Source of the DNA: a virus
IMG/VR virus record: IMGVR_UViG_3300010355_000409
Strand: one strand, 5' to 3'
Length of the DNA: 28,989 nucleotides
Positions 23,083-28,989 of this stretch are shown here, piece after piece (positions within the stretch are counted from its first letter, which is position 1; each line of letters opens with the position of its first letter). The notes beneath the pieces were generated by a model that saw nothing but the letters and a program-made list of their open reading frames with translations, had not been told where the DNA came from and did not search any database. A program made the translations under genes and the position numbers.

Positions 23083-24431
23083 ACACCGACAAGGAGATGG
23101 AGTCTGTCCTTTGGAGGGCAAGCCCCGTTCTTCGTGACATCAAGAAAAACCGCGTTGGTGGAAAAACCTACAACTTCGCGGCTAACTATGGCTCTGGTGG
23201 AGCTTGTGCTGGTGATGCTACCATCGCCGCTACCAATGCCGCCAGTGGAACTTCAAAGTCCGTTCAGTTCGCCGTTACCCCCGGCCAACTCTTTTCCATT
23301 TTCAACGTGGGTGCTCAGGAAGTTCTCGCGTCTGAGAATATCCGTGGAGCGTTTGTTCCTGTTCCTGTCGTAAAGATGTACGATGGTACAGCCGCCTTTA
23401 GGCGCTTGTTTGCCACCGCTCTCTATGGTATGGGATTTGGTGAAGTCGGACAGGTTGGTGCTAATGCTGGCACCATCACTCAGGGTACTGCTAATACCAT
23501 CGACTTCGTTGAGTTCTCTCTCGTTGTCAAGCTCGACATTGGTTCTCAGTTCATCGTGACGAATGGTGCTCTTCCCTCCTCGAACCTCCGCACTCTCGTT
23601 TGCACCGTCACCGCCATCAATGGAACTTCCGTTACCTTCAATGCCGCCGCTGGTGCCAATGAGACTTGGGCCGCTACTGACTGGGTAGAGATTTATGGTT
23701 GCCGCTCTGGTGCCACACCTCTTCTTCCTGTTGGTCTTACTGGCTGGCTCCCAACCATCGCTGGACGCTCTGGTGGAACTTGGACTACCTACATTGGCAC
23801 GAGCTTCTTCGGCGTTGATCGCTCTGTGTTCCCTGATCGCTTGGCTGGTAACTACGTTGTTCGTAACACTGCTGGTTCTGAAAAATATGTTGACTGTATT
23901 GTTCGCGCTGTGAAGGCCGTTCGTAATGCCGGTGGAAATCCTCAGTGGCTCGTCATCAATCCTGATGACTACAACAAGGTGATCACCGAAGTCAACGCCC
24001 AGACCACCTATTTCCAGCAAACAGATATGGGTAAGGCAAAGGGAAAGAGCAACGAGTTCGTCCGTGGTTTGAATAACATGAAGTATGCCTTCAATACCTC
24101 TTGGGTTGACAAGGTTTACGATGATCCGTTCTGCCCACGCTTCACCGCCTACATTATCGATGAGGAAACCATCGAGTTCGCCATGCTCACGAACGGTGAC
24201 ACCCCGGTTAATGATGGCATTTCTGCCAACAACCCCGGAGTTCAGGCTGTTAATGGCGTCAGCACTCCTGATGTCAAGAACACCTACGCCTTCATCTTCG
24301 ATGACTACATCACTGTCCAGCCCGGAAGCCTCGCTTCTTCTGGCCCAGTGTCTCAGGTCATCCTTCAGCTTTACGGTTCGTTCGCATTGCGGGCACCCGG
24401 AAAAAATGCCGTAATAAATTTCGTTTCGTAG
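23083..24431 (+). CDS. Major capsid protein, candidate exon 2 (unspliced ORF reading 23097..24431)
   Basis: 444-aa ORF downstream of the scaffold gene, followed by a strong terminator. The N-terminal region is colinear with T7 gp10-type capsid N-termini (VF..E.VL.....S.V......GGK...F). ATG 23097 has AAGGAG abutting it with no spacer. Confidence 0.8.
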
Positions 24432-24454
24432 CTGATATAAAAAATGTTTCTTCG

Positions 24455-24491
24455 GGAGAGCCCTTTCTACAGAGGGCTCTCCTCTTTTTTT
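24455..24491 (+). terminator. Rho-independent terminator after the capsid gene
   Basis: GGAGAGCCCT-ttctacag-AGGGCTCTCC (10 bp) followed by TCTTTTTTT. Confidence 0.85.
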
Positions 24492-24513
24492 GTATTCGCG
24501 AACACTATATTGC

Positions 24514-24523
24514 AACTATATAC
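24514..24523 (+). promoter_or_regulatory. AACTATATAC motif (candidate late promoter, restart after the capsid terminator)
   Basis: Preceded by the related AACACTATAT (24501-10). Lies 30 nt before ATG 24553. Confidence 0.35.
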
Positions 24524-24552
24524 AATGAAATCCTAAGCACAGGAGAATACGC

Positions 24553-25884
24553 ATGCTTGCAACAGATATTATCAAACGCGCCCGCTCGCTTTCTGATACT
24601 CCAAACTCACTCTTCATCTCAACCTCAGATGAACAGCAGTCTCTTTATGAATCTTGGAAAGACATTTATTCCAAGATCACTGACTCATCTGACGACTATT
24701 TTCTCATTGAAATCTTCCTTGACATGTCTACCGCTGTCCAGCTTGGAACCAACGAATGGGAGATTACCGTTCCCGCAGATGTCTACAAGATTCGTTTTGT
24801 AAACTACCGGGACACGACTGGTGGCTGGACAAACATGTACAAGTTTGCTACCGATAGTCGGAACAGGTTGTCAGGATCACCGAAGTACCGATGGCGGGCC
24901 AACAAACTCTGGGTTACTGGTTCCACTCTTCCTTCGGCCATCAGGCTCGAATACTACCCAGCCCCTATCGTTCCATCCATTCCTGAGCCGGATTGGAACT
25001 ACTGTCTTTCTCTTGCCCAGTATGACAAGACGAATGTATCAAGCCCCAACTACTTCTCAGTCATCAATCCAAACAACTCAGACAATACCGACTATCTCAT
25101 CTACATTTTTGCCGGAACTACTATCAAGGTGGAGTCAGCCACACTCAACTCAACCACCACTCTCTATACCTCTACTGGACTTTCCAATGTCATTTATAAT
25201 CTTGGATACATTTACTACCTAAAAGGGGGTGACATATTCCGAGCCACTACCAATCTTCAGTCTACTATCGTTCCCGCCGCCATTACGTCTGTAGGAAATA
25301 TCACAACCTTCTCTATCTCGAAAGGAAAAATATATTTTTCTGACGCGACAGACACCTATCAGTGTAATCTTGATGGTTCCACTCCCGTTGTTTTGTATGC
25401 CTACACCACGAAAGGTGTGAATGTTACTGACACTGGCATCTACTACATCAAGGATTCAGACGGACTGATCTACAACAATGCCGTATCGCTTGGCATATTG
25501 GCTGATCAAATCTCTGGCGATGGAACCAACTACTACTATCTCGACTCTGCTGGTGTGGTTCACAAGAATGCAGACACAGTTTTGGCACTCAATGTGTCCT
25601 ACATTGGCCAACCATCTAATGGCTTCATTGCTCTCATCAATGATCAGCTTGAAGTCAAGGCTGTTTCTACCACTGATGACACGGATTTCATCTATCCGAT
25701 CAACGAAGCCAATGAGATTATGGCCTACCAGTGTGCTATCGACTTCAGGCGCAAGCAAAATGGAGACTTGACTGCACTTTTGGCCCGTTTGGCTGAGATT
25801 TGGGACAGGTTCTTTGACGTTTTGAAGAGAGATGAAGGACTTCCAGAGCGTAGGGCTCGGGATTGTCCGTTTTTCAACTATTAG
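24553..25884 (+). CDS. Virion protein, possible head-tail adaptor with an inserted beta-propeller-like repeat region
   Basis: Helical N- and C-termini (IIKRARSLSD..., ...EIMAYQCAIDFRRKQNGDL). The middle has repeated IYY.KD.DG.IY / YYYLDSAGVVH-type strands. Positional call. Confidence 0.7.
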   Translation: MLATDIIKRARSLSDTPNSLFISTSDEQQSLYESWKDIYSKITDSSDDYFLIEIFLDMSTAVQLGTNEWEITVPADVYKIRFVNYRDTTGGWTNMYKFATDSRNRLSGSPKYRWRANKLWVTGSTLPSAIRLEYYPAPIVPSIPEPDWNYCLSLAQYDKTNVSSPNYFSVINPNNSDNTDYLIYIFAGTTIKVESATLNSTTTLYTSTGLSNVIYNLGYIYYLKGGDIFRATTNLQSTIVPAAITSVGNITTFSISKGKIYFSDATDTYQCNLDGSTPVVLYAYTTKGVNVTDTGIYYIKDSDGLIYNNAVSLGILADQISGDGTNYYYLDSAGVVHKNADTVLALNVSYIGQPSNGFIALINDQLEVKAVSTTDDTDFIYPINEANEIMAYQCAIDFRRKQNGDLTALLARLAEIWDRFFDVLKRDEGLPERRARDCPFFNY

Positions 25885-25892
25885 GAGATGAA

Positions 25893-26360
25893 ATGATAAC
25901 TGCATATACGAGTGGAAAATATAAGATTCCATTTTATGTTGATGATGTAGATGCTTGGGTGTTAGATTACAACTGGGGGGCCTTATATTCAAAAGGAAAG
26001 CTGAAGTGCATAAGGAGGGGTGAGAGAAAATCTGGAATATATTCACATCATTTTCTTCATCGAGATATTGCGAATCCAGATAAAGATATGCAGGTTGATC
26101 ATATTGATAAAAATCCTGCAAACAACTGTAGAAACAACCTGAGAATATGCACAAATGCTGAAAACAGCAGAAATAGATCAGGTCACAACACTCTAAAAAA
26201 GAAAGGAGTGTATAAAAGCAAATATGGTAAGTATATTTCATTGATAACTATCAATGGTATTAGAAAATATCTTGGCATATATGAAAAAGCCGAAGATGCA
26301 CACATCGCTTACTGCGAGGCCGCGAAAAAATATCATGGCGAATTCGCAAGTTTTGACTAA
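25893..26360 (+). CDS. HNH endonuclease with a C-terminal AP2-type DNA-binding domain (free-standing homing endonuclease)
   Basis: VDHIDKNPANNCRNNLRICTNAENSRN (HNH_3), then GVYKSKYGKYISLITINGIRKYLGIYEKAEDAHIAYCEAAKKYHGEFA (AP2). AGGAG lies 5 nt upstream of ATG 25893. Confidence 0.85.
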   Translation: MITAYTSGKYKIPFYVDDVDAWVLDYNWGALYSKGKLKCIRRGERKSGIYSHHFLHRDIANPDKDMQVDHIDKNPANNCRNNLRICTNAENSRNRSGHNTLKKKGVYKSKYGKYISLITINGIRKYLGIYEKAEDAHIAYCEAAKKYHGEFASFD

Positions 26361-26372
26361 AAGAGGAAAAAC

Positions 26373-28989
26373 ATGGACGATACCGCAAAGTTTGAAGTTA
26401 ATATCCGAAACTCCATCAATACTGACACTATTGAGCAAGACTTCAAGTCTTTTGAAGATGCCTCTGCTCCAATGCTTGTAAATACTGGTATAGAGCGAGA
26501 TGGTGGAGTAACCAACCTCTATGAAACTGAAAATACCTACTCTGAGGCTGGACAATATGTTATTACTGAAGATGGCAAAACTATTTCCATTGTAAACTCA
26601 TCCACACCTGACTATAAAACCATCAAGATTGATGGCAAATCCATCGGACAGGCCAGTTCCTACGGAGTGGAATATCAGTTTGCCGTTGAAGGTGTTGAAG
26701 ATGTCTTCTTGGATTCTTCTTCCTATGTCACTTGCACTTTGATCGACAATGTGATCACGGTGTCTGAATACGACTATACCCAGACGCTTTTGAATACTCG
26801 TCAGGTAACCTTCACCAATCTCTCTGATGTCCTCAAGTTTTATACCTCACTCTCATTCGTCAGATATAATGGAATGAAATATGCAGACAGTTTGGAGTGG
26901 GCACTCAGGCTCGGAGATCAGGTTGTCATCTTGAAAGAGTCTGACACTGGTGTTACCATTGCCAAGGCTTTGCAGTCTACCACCGCTCTCGGATCATCTG
27001 CCATTAACGCTTCTATCGTCTACAACAACCAACTCATCGTAGCCGGTGTTTCAGGCAAGGTTGCTTCGTTCGACGGCTCTGCTTGGAAAAACTTTGACGG
27101 TTCTGGAACCGGAACTGGTATTTTCAACTCTGGTGATGCCACGCTCGGTGTCGTTGGATCAAATAACATCAACTGTCTTGCCAACTATTCATATGGTGGC
27201 GTCAGCTATCTCGTGGTTGGCGGAGCTTCTGGCCGTATTGGTTCTTACAACGGAACCTCTTGGATTATCTGGTCCTCTGGTGGAGTGGTATCCAATAATG
27301 CAACTGTCATCTCTACCGACAATGTGACTGCCATGTTGCAGGTTGGAGAATACCTCATTATTGCCGGTAGTGCTGGTAAGATTGGTTCTTGGAATGGACG
27401 CACTGCCGCCTTTGTGAACTACAATGTTGCCGGTGTATCCGACAATGCAACCCTCATTGGAGCAGTCTCCATCAACGCCATGACTGTTTGGACTGATCCA
27501 GATGGTTATCCGACTCTCGTTGTGGCCGGTGCTGGTGGTAAGGTTGGATCAATGAAGATTACTGGTGGTGTGAACTGGGCAAACGTATCTTCTCCATTCT
27601 ATACACTTAAAGCATCATTTGGAAATGGTAAGTTTGTAATGCTACAGACAAACACAAGAAATATATATTCTTCGTTAGATGGTGTTTCTTTTTCAATAAT
27701 ATCTCAACTTCCATCAATAATATCAACATCAAATACACGAATAAATTTTGGTAATGGGTTATTTATTGCATTTTCTTCAAATGATAGAGATTTTGCTACT
27801 TCACCAGATGGTATCACTTGGACAACATATTCATATCCTGTTGAATACTCAACAGGATATTCTTTTGGAGATTATGGTAATGGAATTTATCTTTTCCAAA
27901 ACGGAACCAATATATTATATACTTCAGATTTTGTAGATTGGAATAGTTCAACCATTGTGTCAACAGATAGCTTTAGCCCAGCAACATATGGAAACGGATT
28001 ATGGGTATCTGCGGATTCAACAAATAATACAAATGCCTGTGCTACTTCGCCAGATGGTATTACATGGACAGTCAGAACAATGGCATATACCGCACAACTT
28101 ACAAAACCAGTATATGCCAACAACATCTGGATTTCTCCGAGTGCCAATATAAACTTTTGTTATACATCGCCAGATGGTATTACATGGACACAAAGAACAA
28201 TGCCATCAAATTATGACTGGTCTTCTTGTGTTTGGGCTAATGGGCTATTTGTTATGGCTAAAAATAGCACAACATCTATTGCAACTTCACCAGATGGTAT
28301 TACATGGACAGCCAGAACATCAACCACAAATGTTAATCTTAACTTTGGATTGGCATATGGTAATGGAGTTGTGTTGCAATATGCAATTAGTGGCACTGGA
28401 ACACTGTCAATGTCATATTCACAATCTGACCAATCCACCAAATCCATCTTCTCTGTCGCCTCAACCCCGGCCTACCCAACCAACAATGCAACTGTCATCG
28501 GAGCCAATGCCATCAATGCAATGACTGTTTTCGACTCACAGTTAGTCGTTGCTGGTGACGGAGGAAGGGTCGGATCGTTTGGAGGATATGGCTGGGCCAA
28601 CTATAACCAGACGACTGCTAATATGTTGCAGACGGTGGTGAAAGCGGATGGTTCTCCGGGTTCTATTGGCTGGCTATCTGTCACCTATGGCAATGGACTC
28701 TTTGTTGCTGTTGCAAATACAACATCAACAACTGCCGGAATAGCAACCTCACCAGATGGAAACATTTGGACATTCCAAACTACAACTGCTCCGGGCGGTG
28801 GATGGAGATCAGTCACTTATGGTAATGGTCTCTTTGTGGCTTTAGCACAAACAAACTCCACCACTGCCGGAATAGCAACCTCACCAGATGGAAACATTTG
28901 GACATTCCAAACTACAACTGCTCCGGGTGGTAGCTGGTATTCTATAACTTACGGCAATGGACTTTTTGTGGCTGTTGCTTTTACAACAT
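26373..28989 (+). CDS. 5' portion of the giant tail fibre / receptor-binding protein (runs off the window end and continues at 1..2804)
   Basis: ATG 26373 after AAGAGGAAAAAC. I translated it by hand and found no stop through 28989, which explains its absence from the ORF track. It contains NATVIG..IN....L.V.G..G..GS-type blades and SPDGITWT Asp-box blades. Confidence 0.85.
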   Translation, partial: MDDTAKFEVNIRNSINTDTIEQDFKSFEDASAPMLVNTGIERDGGVTNLYETENTYSEAGQYVITEDGKTISIVNSSTPDYKTIKIDGKSIGQASSYGVEYQFAVEGVEDVFLDSSSYVTCTLIDNVITVSEYDYTQTLLNTRQVTFTNLSDVLKFYTSLSFVRYNGMKYADSLEWALRLGDQVVILKESDTGVTIAKALQSTTALGSSAINASIVYNNQLIVAGVSGKVASFDGSAWKNFDGSGTGTGIFNSGDATLGVVGSNNINCLANYSYGGVSYLVVGGASGRIGSYNGTSWIIWSSGGVVSNNATVISTDNVTAMLQVGEYLIIAGSAGKIGSWNGRTAAFVNYNVAGVSDNATLIGAVSINAMTVWTDPDGYPTLVVAGAGGKVGSMKITGGVNWANVSSPFYTLKASFGNGKFVMLQTNTRNIYSSLDGVSFSIISQLPSIISTSNTRINFGNGLFIAFSSNDRDFATSPDGITWTTYSYPVEYSTGYSFGDYGNGIYLFQNGTNILYTSDFVDWNSSTIVSTDSFSPATYGNGLWVSADSTNNTNACATSPDGITWTVRTMAYTAQLTKPVYANNIWISPSANINFCYTSPDGITWTQRTMPSNYDWSSCVWANGLFVMAKNSTTSIATSPDGITWTARTSTTNVNLNFGLAYGNGVVLQYAISGTGTLSMSYSQSDQSTKSIFSVASTPAYPTNNATVIGANAINAMTVFDSQLVVAGDGGRVGSFGGYGWANYNQTTANMLQTVVKADGSPGSIGWLSVTYGNGLFVAVANTTSTTAGIATSPDGNIWTFQTTTAPGGGWRSVTYGNGLFVALAQTNSTTAGIATSPDGNIWTFQTTTAPGGSWYSITYGNGLFVAVAFTT
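27590..28430 (+). other. AT-rich Asp-box propeller module inside the fibre gene (compositional island)
   Basis: Sampled 60-nt lines at 27661-27780 count ~25% G+C, against ~52% at 27361-27420. The reading frame is uninterrupted. Confidence 0.7.
28737..28989 (+). repeat. 132-bp tandem coding repeats: unit a (28737-28868) and start of unit b (28869-)
   Basis: Same 59-nt core as at 129 and 261. With 1..392 these form a 4-unit array in an a-b-a'-b' (264-bp) higher-order pattern. Confidence 0.9.
28873..28989. repeat. Terminal overlap identical to 1..117
   Basis: Exact 117/117 match. Confidence 0.9.

Noticed and set aside
23097-23099. ATG 23097 taken as the true capsid start, with the HNH gene simply free-standing upstream
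   Set aside because: This is not fully excluded, but it is disfavoured. The SD abuts the ATG with no spacing. An orphan 16-codon ORF owns the consensus high-expression RBS. Group I R/S/P1/P7/P8-like elements surround the HNH ORF.
23253-24515. 420-aa ORF on the minus strand spanning almost the whole capsid gene
   Set aside because: It is the antisense mirror of a well-supported + strand gene. It has no RBS, a junk-like composition, and its start lies inside the + strand terminator. It is most simply explained by + strand codon bias avoiding codons whose reverse complements are stops.
28737-28989. Regular 132-bp repeats considered as a CRISPR array or a DGR template/variable repeat pair
   Set aside because: The repeats are contiguous with no spacers, in frame, and translate to propeller blades. 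The differences between units are not adenine-specific, and no reverse transcriptase or cas gene is present.

Overview
The window reads as one complete, compact tailed-phage genome of about 28.87 kb, with every credible gene on the + strand. The first 117 nt are identical to the last 117 nt (1..117 = 28873..28989). The contig is therefore circularly closed or terminally redundant, and it was cut inside its largest gene. The ORF opening at 26373 has no stop before the window end and continues in frame into 1..2804. The combined product is about 1767 aa, a tail-fibre/receptor-binding protein built from Asp-box (SPDGxxW) beta-propeller blades. It contains near-identical 132-bp tandem repeats at the junction and an AT-rich internal module.

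Gene order on the circle:
- Packaging and head: terminase large subunit (18187), small ORF, portal, scaffold, then the major capsid gene, which appears split by a ~570-nt group I intron carrying an HNH endonuclease.
- Virion and tail: a 443-aa virion protein, a free-standing HNH-AP2 endonuclease, the giant fibre, a protein with an S74 chaperone domain, several low-complexity virion proteins and a second fibre-like protein.
- Lysis block: cysteine peptidase, holin-like ORF, and a spanin-like ORF with a fully overlapping second open frame.
- A terminator and structured-RNA region (10615-11255).
- Early region: a replication initiator with four iterons inside its own gene, a promoter-to-terminator moron (outer-membrane beta-barrel plus lipoprotein peptidase), a sigma-70 region-2-like protein, a third HNH, an RHH protein and many small ORFs.

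I could not recognise a tail sheath, tube, tape measure, DNA polymerase, integrase, tRNA or CRISPR array. By inference this is a podovirus-like, probably virulent phage whose host is probably a diderm that uses strong Shine-Dalgarno sites. Two recurrent motifs (AGCATAkTTTATTG, 5 copies; AACTATATA, 4-5 copies) look like phage-specific promoter classes. All functional calls rest on motif recognition by eye. No database search or folding program was available.
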